A stretch of DNA of 64,000 nt from Candidatus Eiseniibacteriota bacterium (GTDB lineage: Bacteria > Eisenbacteria > RBG-16-71-46 > CAVPCR01). The notes under the pieces are model-generated. The model saw only the letters and a program-made list of their open reading frames with translations, was not told the origin of the DNA and made no database searches. Position numbers and translations under genes: made by a program. Each line of letters opens with the position of its first letter. Within the stretch, counting starts at the first letter, position 1. The DNA lies in contig CAWGMA010000002.1 in the NCBI GenBank assembly GCA_963823555.1, positions 32,001 through 96,000 of the forward strand, given 5' to 3'. Below, piece after piece: positions 19,003-28,115 of this stretch.

Positions 19003-19772
19003 GGCTCGGTCCCCGTCCCGTGCGGGATCAGACGCCGCACCGCCCTCGGACTCGGGACCATGGTCGACTCCGGCGGTGGCAACGAGCCGGCGCCCGGCTG
19101 ATGCGTGGCCGGTGCCAGCTCGCGCAGCGAGCCGCTGACAATATGGAACAGGCGGTCGCGTCTGGGATCGGCGCGGGTGTTGATGTGAGTGGCCACGATC
19201 ACGCCGGTCCCGGCCAGATGGATCTCGCGGAGCAGCGCAAATAGCACATCGCCCGCGGGTGGGTCGAGGTTGCGGGTCGGCTCGTCGGCCAGCAGGTAGA
19301 GCGGATCGTTGACCAGGGCGCGTGCCAGGGCGGCCCGCTGCTGCTCGCCACCCGAGAGCTCGAGCGGGCGGGCATGACGGCGATGGGCCAGCCCGACCCG
19401 ATGCAGCGCCCGCATCGTGCGCTCCTTGATCTCGCGTGGATCGTCGACCCCGGTGATGCGCAGCGGGAAGGCCACGTTGTCGAAGACGGTGCGGTCCTTG
19501 AGCAGCTTGAAGTCCTGGTAGATGACGCCGAGCTGGCGGCGGAGGCGCGGGACGTCCCGGCGCTTGAGCTTCGAGCTGCTGATCGACTCGACGATGATCT
19601 CGCCCTGGTCGGGGCGGATCTCGAAGGAGATCGAGCGTAGAAAGCTCGACTTCCCCGCCCCGCTGGGGCCGGTCAAGATCACGAACTCGCCGCGGTCGAT
19701 GCTCACGCAGACGTCATCGAGAGCGATATGACCGCCGGGATAGGTCTTGGTGACGTGGGCGAAGTGGATCAT
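18999..19772 (-). CDS. ftsE: Cell division ATP-binding protein FtsE
   Basis: GPSGAGKS, QDFKLL, LSGGEQQR, ADEPT; upstream of ftsX. Confidence 0.93.
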   Translation of the reverse strand: MIHFAHVTKTYPGGHIALDDVCVSIDRGEFVILTGPSGAGKSSFLRSISFEIRPDQGEIIVESISSSKLKRRDVPRLRRQLGVIYQDFKLLKDRTVFDNVAFPLRITGVDDPREIKERTMRALHRVGLAHRRHARPLELSGGEQQRAALARALVNDPLYLLADEPTRNLDPPAGDVLFALLREIHLAGTGVIVATHINTRADPRRDRLFHIVSGSLRELAPATHQPGAGSLPPPESTMVPSPRAVRRLIPHGTGTEP

Positions 19773-21034
19773 TTCTGGCGCCGGGGGGCGCCGGCATCGC
19801 CTCCACGCTTCCAGTGCCAGTCGATGCGGCCCTGCGGCAACCGGCTGGCCATGCGTCCCGCCGTCCGGATCGCCGCCACCATGCTTTCCTCGCTGGCCAC
19901 GCCTTTCCAGGCGATGTCGGGCGCCGTGCCGTGTTCGACCGAAGTGCGGAGGAATGGAATGCCGAGGCTCAGGTTGACGACCTTGCCACGCCCGAGCGTG
20001 CGCACCGGAGCCAGCCCCTGATCGTGGTACATGGCGATGACGACATCGAACTCCTCGTTCACCGCGCGCATGAACACGGTGTCGCCGGAGAAGGGTCCGT
20101 GCACGTCGATGCCCGATTCCTTGGCCCGTTCGACGGCCGGTTTGATGCGATCCCGCTCCTCGGTGCCGATGTGTCCCGCCTCGCCACAATGCGGGTTGAG
20201 TCCGGATACGGCGATGCGTGGCTGGCGCCGGGCGAAGAACTTCTGCATGGCGATCTGGGTGAGCTCGATGACGTCGAGGACGCGCGCCTTGGTCACCGAG
20301 CGCGATACCCGGTTGAGAGGCAGGTGAGTGGTGACAGTGGTGACTCGGAGGCGCGGCGAGATGAACATCGGGACGCAGCGCTTGGCCTCGCACAGGTTGC
20401 CCAGGAACTCGGTGTGACCCGCGAAGGCGATACCGAGATCGAGGAACGCCTCCTTGGAGATGGGCGCTGTCGTGATCGCGCGCACCTTGCCGTCGAGCGC
20501 GAGCTTGGCGGCGTGGCGCACCGTCGATGCGGCGGCGCGGCCGGTGGTCGCCGAGTGCGAGCCCGGGACGACGCGCTTGAGATCGGCGCCGAAGGCCTCG
20601 ACCAGATAGAGCACCGACGGGTCGAACTCCGCCGGTGCATCCTCGATCGAGATCGAGCGTATGCGCATGTGGGTGGCGAAGCGGCGGCAGGCCTCTCCCA
20701 TGATCTCACGCCCGCCGACGACCACCGGGCGACAGTCCTTGAAGCACTCCCCCGAGTGAATGGCCTTGACGACCACCTCGGGACCGATGCCGGCCGGGTC
20801 GCCCATGGTGACCGCGACCAGGGGCGGCGGCTCGCGACGGGGACGGACGACGAGGCTCGGTTCGGGCTCGACCTCGAGGATCGACTTCGTCTCCTTGGCT
20901 GCCGTCTCCCGGGGCGGCTTGGTGGCCGTGCCCGATCCACTGCCGGGCGCGGCGCTGAGAGCGCGGGGTGGCGCGTGGAGCGCCCGTTCCCCCGCCGCCG
21001 ACTTGGTTGATCTGAGCCGCCGTCTGTCAGCCAT
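19769..21034 (-). CDS. pdxA: 4-hydroxythreonine-4-phosphate dehydrogenase
   Basis: TMGDPAGIGPE, TAPISK, GHTE, GLNPH.GE, AMYHDQG, RTSVEHGTA; low-complexity N-terminal extension. Confidence 0.93.
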   Translation of the reverse strand: MADRRRLRSTKSAAGERALHAPPRALSAAPGSGSGTATKPPRETAAKETKSILEVEPEPSLVVRPRREPPPLVAVTMGDPAGIGPEVVVKAIHSGECFKDCRPVVVGGREIMGEACRRFATHMRIRSISIEDAPAEFDPSVLYLVEAFGADLKRVVPGSHSATTGRAAASTVRHAAKLALDGKVRAITTAPISKEAFLDLGIAFAGHTEFLGNLCEAKRCVPMFISPRLRVTTVTTHLPLNRVSRSVTKARVLDVIELTQIAMQKFFARRQPRIAVSGLNPHCGEAGHIGTEERDRIKPAVERAKESGIDVHGPFSGDTVFMRAVNEEFDVVIAMYHDQGLAPVRTLGRGKVVNLSLGIPFLRTSVEHGTAPDIAWKGVASEESMVAAIRTAGRMASRLPQGRIDWHWKRGGDAGAPRRQK

Positions 21035-21713
21035 CGTGAGTCATCTCGTAGGAGGGCGCCACCGATGGATCCGGCGCAGCGTGCGGTTCCATCGGACGCT
21101 GCCGGAGGAAATCGCGTAGCGACTTCATGTGCTCCCACATGACTCGCTTCTTGCTCGGATCGCGCAGCAGGAAGGCCGGATGGTAGAGCACCATGAACTG
21201 GATACCAGGGTAGCGTTTGAGGGTGAAGAAGCGGCCTGCTTCTTCCTCCATGGTAAACTCCCCGCGCGCCGGATCGATCCACTTGAGCGCCACTGCGCCG
21301 AGAAGCAGCACGACCCGCGGCCCTACGAGCTCGAGCTGTCGCTCCAGGTAGGGCAGACAGGCCTCGGCCTCGGCGGCGCTCGGCGAGCGGTCGATGGCCG
21401 GCTTGCACTTGACGACGTTCACGATGAGGGCGTCGCGATTCGAGTCGAGGCCGATGGCAGACAGGATCTTGTCGAGCATGTCCCCGGCGCGGCCGACGAA
21501 GGCGAGTCCGGTCGCATCTTCATTCTCGCCCGGTCGCTCGGAAATGATGAGGAGATCCGCCGCCGGATTGCCGCGATCGACGACGATCGCGGCGCGGCTG
21601 TCGGCGAGCTCGCAGCGGCGGCAGTTGTAGGCGCGGAGGCGGTCTCTGAACTCGGTGTAGGTTGGCGCTGCCAGGATGGCGTTGCGTTCCTGATCGAAGA
21701 TGTCGATCTGCAT
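21027..21713 (-). CDS. Uracil-DNA glycosylase, family 4 (4Fe-4S)
   Basis: CRRC...KC.P...C cysteines; ERPG..ED..G..FVGRAG; YHPA. Confidence 0.9.
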   Translation of the reverse strand: MQIDIFDQERNAILAAPTYTEFRDRLRAYNCRRCELADSRAAIVVDRGNPAADLLIISERPGENEDATGLAFVGRAGDMLDKILSAIGLDSNRDALIVNVVKCKPAIDRSPSAAEAEACLPYLERQLELVGPRVVLLLGAVALKWIDPARGEFTMEEEAGRFFTLKRYPGIQFMVLYHPAFLLRDPSKKRVMWEHMKSLRDFLRQRPMEPHAAPDPSVAPSYEMTHDG

Positions 21714-21797
21714 CGGCGCCCTCGCCTTCTCACCAGGAGATCGTCAAGCCGGGTTCAGCGGGCAGCCAAACGATTGTGGGACTGGAGTCTAGGCGCT

Positions 21798-23510
21798 GTG
21801 ATCAGGGGTGTCAATCGAGAGCAGGCGTTCGAGAGCCGACAACCGCATGGGCCTCGGGTTCACGTCGTGCTCGGGATGCTCGTCTTTCTGACCGCCGGTT
21901 GCGCACGGAAGCCGGTGCAAGATCCCATTCTCTCGCGACCGGCCATCTCGTGGCATGAGACGGCCCGGCTCGCGTTCACGGCGCGGGGTCGGGTCTGGGT
22001 GGCGGAGCGTGAGGTGCGAGGCCCTCACGGCGGCATCTGGCGGGCACGTCCGGTACCGGGCGGGGTACGCCAGGACCGCCCGGTGTGGACCCGAGACGGT
22101 GCGCTCCTGCTCTCGGTGTGGTTCTCCGCCGAGGAAGAAGCGGATCTGGCGACCTTCGCGGGGGGGCGGCTCGAGCGCCTGACTCGGACCCCTGCCGGCG
22201 AGCTTCTCGACGATGCCACGGACGATGGACGCGTTCTATTCGAACGTGAAGGCATGCTCGTCGAGACCGGAGGGGGAAGCGTCGAACGCGTGCTCGGGCG
22301 CGGGCGGGCCGGTCGCTACACGCCGGATGGCCGTCACATCCTCTTCGTCCGCGGGAACGAGCATGAACCGCTCGGCGTCTGGCGCCAGGGATATGCGGGA
22401 GGCGATGACTCCGAGATCTTCCTCCTCGATGTGGCCACGGGCGCCGTCACCCGGATCACCGACAGCCCGGACAATGACGAATGCCCGATCCCGCTCGATG
22501 ATGCCGGGAAGCGCTTCCTCGTCTGTCGGGAGCGGGAGAGTCCATATCGACCGTGGCTGGTCTCGGCCGTGAGCTCGCGGATTCACCGCGTGCACCGCTT
22601 CCCCATGCCCGACGGACCATGGCCTATTCTCTTCCCCACGCTCTGCCGCACCCCGGAGGACCGTCTCGAGCTGTGGGTGGAGGCCGATGGGCGACTCTTC
22701 CATGCCATGGGAACGATCGCCGATACCGGGCTGGCCTTCGCTCCTGCGGAGCCCGTGCGTATCGAGCTCCAGTCGGATGCGGTCTCGCCTGCGCCCCAGG
22801 GAGCGGCGCTCTTCGATGAGGTGGCTTCCCACCTCGCGGCGGGCGAGCTCACGCGAGAGCCCTGGCGAGGCATCTCGGAAGGGGAGCGTCGCCGCTTCCG
22901 GACCGAACTCCAGCAGATCATGGATCCGCAGGCGCGGGTCGATCTCTTGAACCGGCTCCTCGGACGGCTGGCCCTGCCCGGGCTCTGCCTGACCGCAGAG
23001 GGGATGCCGGCCGCCACCGCGTCGATCGCCCCGCGGTGGGTCTTGCCGGATGCCATCCTCGCTCACGCCCTCGAATCCCACGGGATCGCCTACTTGACGG
23101 CGGCCGCCTTGCCTCCGGCGCTGGCCGCCCACCCCGTGCTCGACCTGCGCGGTGCGGACCGCCTCCCGGAACCCCCCGACTCGCTGGCCGCGAAGCTCTG
23201 CGCCCGCCAGCCGCTCATCCTGCTCCTCGACGGAACAACTGATGGCGAGGCGGAGATTCTTGCGGATCGCCTCGCCGCCCGTCGCTGCGCCCGGCTCGTC
23301 GGCCGGCCGACGGCAGGGACGTTCATGATCACCGAATCGCGGCCGCTCGTCGCCGGCGGAACGCTGGTCCTCCCGGTGCGGAAAGTGGAGCGGCAATCGG
23401 GAGGCAGCGGATCTGCGGGAGTGATCCCCCGATTCTTCGTGCCATCCGACCCCGATCCCACGCGTGAGAGATGGCTCGAGATCATTCTCGAGGCTCTGGA
23501 AAGTGCGTGA
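21798..23510 (+). CDS. Lipoprotein with PD40/TolB-like propeller and degenerate S41 (tricorn-like) domain
   Basis: Lipobox LTAGC; YTPDGRHI, GY.GG..SEI, RITD; LDLRG, VGRPTAG and G.IP. Start uncertain. Confidence 0.65.
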   Translation: MIRGVNREQAFESRQPHGPRVHVVLGMLVFLTAGCARKPVQDPILSRPAISWHETARLAFTARGRVWVAEREVRGPHGGIWRARPVPGGVRQDRPVWTRDGALLLSVWFSAEEEADLATFAGGRLERLTRTPAGELLDDATDDGRVLFEREGMLVETGGGSVERVLGRGRAGRYTPDGRHILFVRGNEHEPLGVWRQGYAGGDDSEIFLLDVATGAVTRITDSPDNDECPIPLDDAGKRFLVCRERESPYRPWLVSAVSSRIHRVHRFPMPDGPWPILFPTLCRTPEDRLELWVEADGRLFHAMGTIADTGLAFAPAEPVRIELQSDAVSPAPQGAALFDEVASHLAAGELTREPWRGISEGERRRFRTELQQIMDPQARVDLLNRLLGRLALPGLCLTAEGMPAATASIAPRWVLPDAILAHALESHGIAYLTAAALPPALAAHPVLDLRGADRLPEPPDSLAAKLCARQPLILLLDGTTDGEAEILADRLAARRCARLVGRPTAGTFMITESRPLVAGGTLVLPVRKVERQSGGSGSAGVIPRFFVPSDPDPTRERWLEIILEALESA

Positions 23511-23529
23511 TGATGGTGAGGGCGCCGTC

Positions 23530-24303
23530 TCACCATGATGTCGCGGTGAGGCCGGGTAGGGTCATGAGCTCGCTGCCTTCGAGCAGCCGGTTGTAGAGGC
23601 GGAAGTCATCGATGGCCGCGCCCGGCGCCCCGAGGCCGAATACCTTGGGGAGTCCGGGCATCTCGAAGGCGCTGGCGGTTTCAGTGGTGCTCGGCCGCCC
23701 CGCCACGAACACCACGACCGTGCCCGCCGGAGCGTCCCAGCCCAGCGCGACATGCATCCAGGATCCGTCGTCGGGGATGGGCGCCGCGGCCCGGCGGCGG
23801 GTGCCGGCCCGGTCATCGAAGGCGGCGCGCACCTGGCGCGGGCGGCCGCCCACCGCGACTTCCAGGTTGAGCGGCGCATCCGAGCTCAGGACATGCACCA
23901 TGGTCGTGTCCACCTCCGAGGCTGCCGGCGCCGTGGCTGCCGGCGCCGTGTCGGCCGCAGCGGGTGCCGGCTCGAGCCTGACCCACAGCATGATGGTCCC
24001 GGTTGCCGGCGTGCGGCCGCGCAGCATGAGCCACGACAGGCGCGAGACATGGAGCGTGCCGACATGACGGCGCCCCGCCTCGGGAGTGCCCGCCGCGCCC
24101 GCCGCGCCGGCCATGAAGACCGGTCTTCCCTCCGCCTCCCCGCGCACCGCGCCGAGTGCGCGCACATCGGCCACCGATCCGTCGAGGGGGACGTGGATCA
24201 TGAGGCCGGGAGGTGAATCGGCGGCCGCGGCCGCCGAGGCGATGCCGGCCGCCAGGAGCAGCCACCGGCACAGCGATCTCGCGGGCAGAGCGCGCCGGGT
24301 CAT
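23530..24303 (-). CDS. Secreted LamG/concanavalin A-like domain protein
   Basis: Signal peptide; GTIMLWV, WMHVA..WD, IDDFRLYNR.L. Confidence 0.75.
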   Translation of the reverse strand: MTRRALPARSLCRWLLLAAGIASAAAAADSPPGLMIHVPLDGSVADVRALGAVRGEAEGRPVFMAGAAGAAGTPEAGRRHVGTLHVSRLSWLMLRGRTPATGTIMLWVRLEPAPAAADTAPAATAPAASEVDTTMVHVLSSDAPLNLEVAVGGRPRQVRAAFDDRAGTRRRAAAPIPDDGSWMHVALGWDAPAGTVVVFVAGRPSTTETASAFEMPGLPKVFGLGAPGAAIDDFRLYNRLLEGSELMTLPGLTATSW

Positions 24304-25016
24304 GGGGTGGTTGCTTCCTTCCATCCCCTCAGGTCGAACTCGATGTGGATGTCCTCGGCCACGTTGACCAGACCCGCCACCTTGATGCGTCTCAGGTTGA
24401 AGGCGCGATGCCGGATCGTGAACTCCCCGCTGGCGCGCATCTGCTGGTGATCCAGGTCGACGGTCAGAGGCACGGTGATCTCGCGCGATACGCCGTGGAG
24501 CGTGAGCTCGGCGGTCAGCGTTCCGCGATGGGCCTGCGGTGCGGGTGCGGACGCCTCGGGAACGAAGCGGATGCCGCGCAGGGTGATCAGCGGGAAGCGA
24601 GCTGTCTCGAGGACCTTCTCCTTCATGTCTTTCTCGATCCTGGCCCGCGTGGCCTCGTCCTGGTTGGGGTCGATCACGCGCATTCCCGCCGTCTCGACCT
24701 CGATGCCGAGGGCGAAGCGGGTGGCATCCTCCGCGTCCACTGCCAGCTCTCCATCGAGACCCGTTATGGCGATCGAGTGCTCGTGACCGGCGAAACCGAG
24801 GAGGCCGGAGGCAGTGGCATGAGCCTCGACCCGGCTCGAATCGGCCCGCAGGCGATAGGTGATCATCACTGCCGGGGCCGGAGCGGGGTCCGGTCCCGCC
24901 GAGACCGGTGACCAGGCGACCGCGCTGGCAACGGCTGCGAACGCCCCGAGCGACACGGTTGCGATCACCCGGGACCGGGTATCCTGGACGCGTTGGCGGA
25001 CGAGCAAGAAGCTCAC
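24300..25016 (-). CDS. YceI-family lipid/polyisoprenoid-binding protein
   Basis: VLETARFP.I, LTLHGVSREI, SGEFTI; signal/TM region. Confidence 0.85.
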   Translation of the reverse strand: MSFLLVRQRVQDTRSRVIATVSLGAFAAVASAVAWSPVSAGPDPAPAPAVMITYRLRADSSRVEAHATASGLLGFAGHEHSIAITGLDGELAVDAEDATRFALGIEVETAGMRVIDPNQDEATRARIEKDMKEKVLETARFPLITLRGIRFVPEASAPAPQAHRGTLTAELTLHGVSREITVPLTVDLDHQQMRASGEFTIRHRAFNLRRIKVAGLVNVAEDIHIEFDLRGWKEATTP

Positions 25017-25141
25017 CTCGAAATGGGAATGGTCGAGTGGCGCTGTCTTTCATTCTAGAAGATCCGGGGAAGGCGTCATCTCTGCTATTGTCGATCGCGT
25101 TCCCCCTCTCCCCCCGATTTCACGATGGAAGGAGAGCCGTC

Positions 25142-26092
25142 TTGGCCGCAGTGCACCCGGGCTCCGCTGGCAGGGCCGGCGCGGTCGCGCGGGCTCTGCT
25201 TTTCGCGGAGCTCCGTCTCTTTCTCGACCACCTGCGGTTGCCCTTCCAGCTTCTCCTGGCCCCCATCTTCATGCTCGGTGCCCTCCTCGGCGCGGGTCGT
25301 CCGACGCTCGAGCTGGGGCTGGCCTTCCTCGCGGTTCATGCCGGTATCTACGGCGGAATGACGGCGTTCAATAGCGTCTACGACCGCGATCGCGGGCCCA
25401 TCGGATTCATGAAACACCCGCGCCCCGCCGGCCGCTTTGTGCGCGATGCCGCGATCCTGACCCAGCTCGCCGCCGTCCTCGTGCTCGCCGCCCTGCGGCC
25501 GGTTGCAGCGATTCCAGCGCTCGCGCTGGTTGCCATGGGGATTGCCTACTCGCATCCGCGCTGGCGATGGAAGTCCCACCTGGGTGCCAGCCTGTTCGCA
25601 GTCGGGGTCGGGCAGGGCATGATCGCCTTCGCCATCGGCTTTCTGGCTGCCGGTGCCCCTCTCGCCCGGCTCCTCGAGCCGCCGACCCTCGGGGCGGCTG
25701 TGGGCTCGAGCATTGTCACCCTCGGCCTCTACCCGGTGACCCAGCTCTATCAGCTCGACGAGGATCGTGCGCGCGGCGATCGCACCTTGCCCCTCGCTCT
25801 CGGCTGGCGTCGAGCGCTCGTCGTATCGGCGCTGCTCCTGGCGGCGGGCGTCGGCATCCTCCTCTTGTCCCTTGCCGGCCGCATCGCACCCATCTGGTTT
25901 GGCCTCCTGCCGGCCGGCGTGGTCGTCCTCTGGATGCTCCTCGTCCTCTGGGCTCGGCGCTTCGAATCGCTCGATGCCTACCGCAATCATGACTGGGCGA
26001 TGGGGCTCGGGCTCATCGCCTCCGCGGCGTTCTGGATCCTGATCGCGAGCGAGTGGATGCGGAGCGCGGGAGCCCAGGTCCATGCCCGCTGA
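25142..26092 (+). CDS. UbiA-family prenyltransferase
   Basis: Multiple TM helices; FNSVYDRD, YSHP..RWK, TQLYQLDEDRARGDRT; SD AAGGAG before TTG. Confidence 0.88.
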   Translation: MAAVHPGSAGRAGAVARALLFAELRLFLDHLRLPFQLLLAPIFMLGALLGAGRPTLELGLAFLAVHAGIYGGMTAFNSVYDRDRGPIGFMKHPRPAGRFVRDAAILTQLAAVLVLAALRPVAAIPALALVAMGIAYSHPRWRWKSHLGASLFAVGVGQGMIAFAIGFLAAGAPLARLLEPPTLGAAVGSSIVTLGLYPVTQLYQLDEDRARGDRTLPLALGWRRALVVSALLLAAGVGILLLSLAGRIAPIWFGLLPAGVVVLWMLLVLWARRFESLDAYRNHDWAMGLGLIASAAFWILIASEWMRSAGAQVHAR

Positions 26093-27311
26093 CGGCGCCG
26101 CCCTCGCCCCAGCTGCCGTGCCGCCACGGTCCCGCCGGCGCGAGTCCAGGAGCGCCATCTGGGCGATCGGCACCGCCGTTCCGGGAACGCGGGTGCCGCA
26201 GGACGAGCTCGTCGAGTTCATGAAGCGCGCCCACCGCGCCGCCCGGGCTCCAGGCGACCCCGGCGGAGCCGGCGAGCATCTGGCCCGGCGGCTTGATGTG
26301 CTCTACCGGCGGAGCGGCATCCGCGCTCGCCACAGCTGTCTGGCCGACTACGGCCGCTCGCCGGAGGCGTTCACCTTCTACCCGCGCCACTGGCGGGGCG
26401 CCATGCCGTCCACCGCGCGGCGCATGGAGGTCTACCGCGAGGCCGCGCTGCCCCTGGCGCGCGCCGCGACGACGGTCGCCCTGGGCCGGGTTCCGGGGTT
26501 CGATCCCGCCCTCATCACTCATCTCATCGTCACCAGCTGCACCGGCTTCTACTCCCCGGGACTGGATGTCGAGCTGGCGCTGGATCTGGGTTTGTCCCCG
26601 AACGTCGTCCGCACGCTCGTCGGCTTTCAGGGCTGTCACGCGGGGGTGTCGAGCTTGCGTCTGGCCGATGCTATTTCCTGCGCTGACCCGCAATCCATTG
26701 TGCTCGTGGTCTGCATCGAGCTCTGTACCCTCCACTTCCAGATCGAGCCCAGCGCGGACAACCTGCTCGCCAACTCGCTGTTCGCGGATGGTGCCGCCGC
26801 GGCGCTCGTGGGCGCGGCTCCGGGCGTGGCGGGAGGAATCGACGGCCCGGCGGCGCGGCCCGCCGGACAGCCTTGCCTGGCGATCGAGCGCGGCGGGTCG
26901 TGGCTCGCCGCCGGAACGCGCGAGGAGATGGTGTGGACGATCGGGAATCGGGGCTTCCAGATGGGGCTCTCCGCCCTCGTCCCCCGCCTCCTTGGCCACA
27001 ACGTGGCAGGCTTTCTCGAGCAGGCGCTCGCCATGGCGCCACGCGAGATCACCGGCCTCGACTTCTGGGCGATCCATCCCGGCGGGCCGGCGATCCTCGA
27101 CCAGGTCGAGCGCGCGCTCGACATCGATCCCGCCCTTCTCGCCCCGTCGCGCGCTGTGCTGCGCGACTGCGGCAACATGTCCTCGCCCACCATCCTCTTC
27201 GTGCTCGAGCGCATCTGGACCGGCGCCGGCAGCCCGGGCCGCGGCCTCGCCCTCGCCTTCGGTCCCGGTCTCACCCTCGAGGCGATCGTCCTCGAGTGGT
27301 GCGCAGGGTGA
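26082..27311 (+). CDS. Type III polyketide synthase (chalcone synthase family)
   Basis: Catalytic triad GFQGCH, WAIHPGG, GNMSS; LFADG; AFGPGLT.E. Confidence 0.95.
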   Translation: MPADGAALAPAAVPPRSRRRESRSAIWAIGTAVPGTRVPQDELVEFMKRAHRAARAPGDPGGAGEHLARRLDVLYRRSGIRARHSCLADYGRSPEAFTFYPRHWRGAMPSTARRMEVYREAALPLARAATTVALGRVPGFDPALITHLIVTSCTGFYSPGLDVELALDLGLSPNVVRTLVGFQGCHAGVSSLRLADAISCADPQSIVLVVCIELCTLHFQIEPSADNLLANSLFADGAAAALVGAAPGVAGGIDGPAARPAGQPCLAIERGGSWLAAGTREEMVWTIGNRGFQMGLSALVPRLLGHNVAGFLEQALAMAPREITGLDFWAIHPGGPAILDQVERALDIDPALLAPSRAVLRDCGNMSSPTILFVLERIWTGAGSPGRGLALAFGPGLTLEAIVLEWCAG

Positions 27312-27323
27312 GGAGTGCCGGCG

Positions 27324-28115
27324 ATGGAGCGGAAGAGAGTCGATCTCGCCGAGCGCGCCGATGAACCCGAGCTCATGGACGACTGCGCGCTCACCGGGCC
27401 CGAGGTTCGGCAGGCGCTCCGGGAGATCGGCCACGTGAACCGCTTTCTCGGCGGGTCGGCGTCGACGCTCGCCCTTCTCGCCCCTCGCCTCGAGGGCCGG
27501 CGGTCGCCGCTCCGCATCCTCGACATCGGCACCGGCGGGGGCGACATCCCGGTGGCGATCGCCCGCCATGCGCGCCGGGCGGGAGCTCCGGTGCAGATCA
27601 CCGCCGTCGACCTCGGCCGGGATGCCTGCCGCCATGCCCGGCACCTCGCCCGCGATTATCCGGAGATCGAGATCTGCCGCGGCGATGTCTTCCGGCTGCC
27701 GTTCGCGCCCCGGAGCTTCGACCTCGCCCACTGCGCCATGTTCCTGCATCACTTCACCCAGGACGAGATCGTCCGCATCCTCCACGTTCTCTCCGCTCTC
27801 GTGCGCGAGGCCATCTTGATCAACGATCTCCACCGGCATGCCCTGGCCTACCATTCGATCCGGGCCCTCACCCGGCTCCTCTCCGCCAGCCGGCTCGTGC
27901 GGAACGACGCGCCGCTGTCGGTGCGCCGCGGCTTTCGCGCCGCCGACCTCGATGACATCCTGGCGCGCTCTGGATTCGCGCGCTTCCGCTATCGCTGGCG
28001 CTGGGCTTTCCGCTACCTGTGCGAGGTCGAGATCGGGGAGCCCGCCGCCCCCGTCGATCCCGGCGGCGCTCGGCGCGGCTCCACCCTCGGGGCGCCGGTC
28101 CTGGTGGATCGATGA
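27324..28115 (+). CDS. Class I SAM-dependent methyltransferase (T3PKS-associated type)
   Basis: ELMDD, VNRFLGG, LDIGTGGGD, FLHHF, INDLHR, NDAPLSV.RGF. Confidence 0.9.
   Translation: MERKRVDLAERADEPELMDDCALTGPEVRQALREIGHVNRFLGGSASTLALLAPRLEGRRSPLRILDIGTGGGDIPVAIARHARRAGAPVQITAVDLGRDACRHARHLARDYPEIEICRGDVFRLPFAPRSFDLAHCAMFLHHFTQDEIVRILHVLSALVREAILINDLHRHALAYHSIRALTRLLSASRLVRNDAPLSVRRGFRAADLDDILARSGFARFRYRWRWAFRYLCEVEIGEPAAPVDPGGARRGSTLGAPVLVDR

Noticed and set aside
18999..25053. Long N-terminal extensions in the ORF track for ftsE (to 20393), the tricorn-like gene (from 21129) and the LamG gene (to 25053)
   Set aside because: They overlap neighbouring real genes; better starts with coupling or signal peptides lie downstream.
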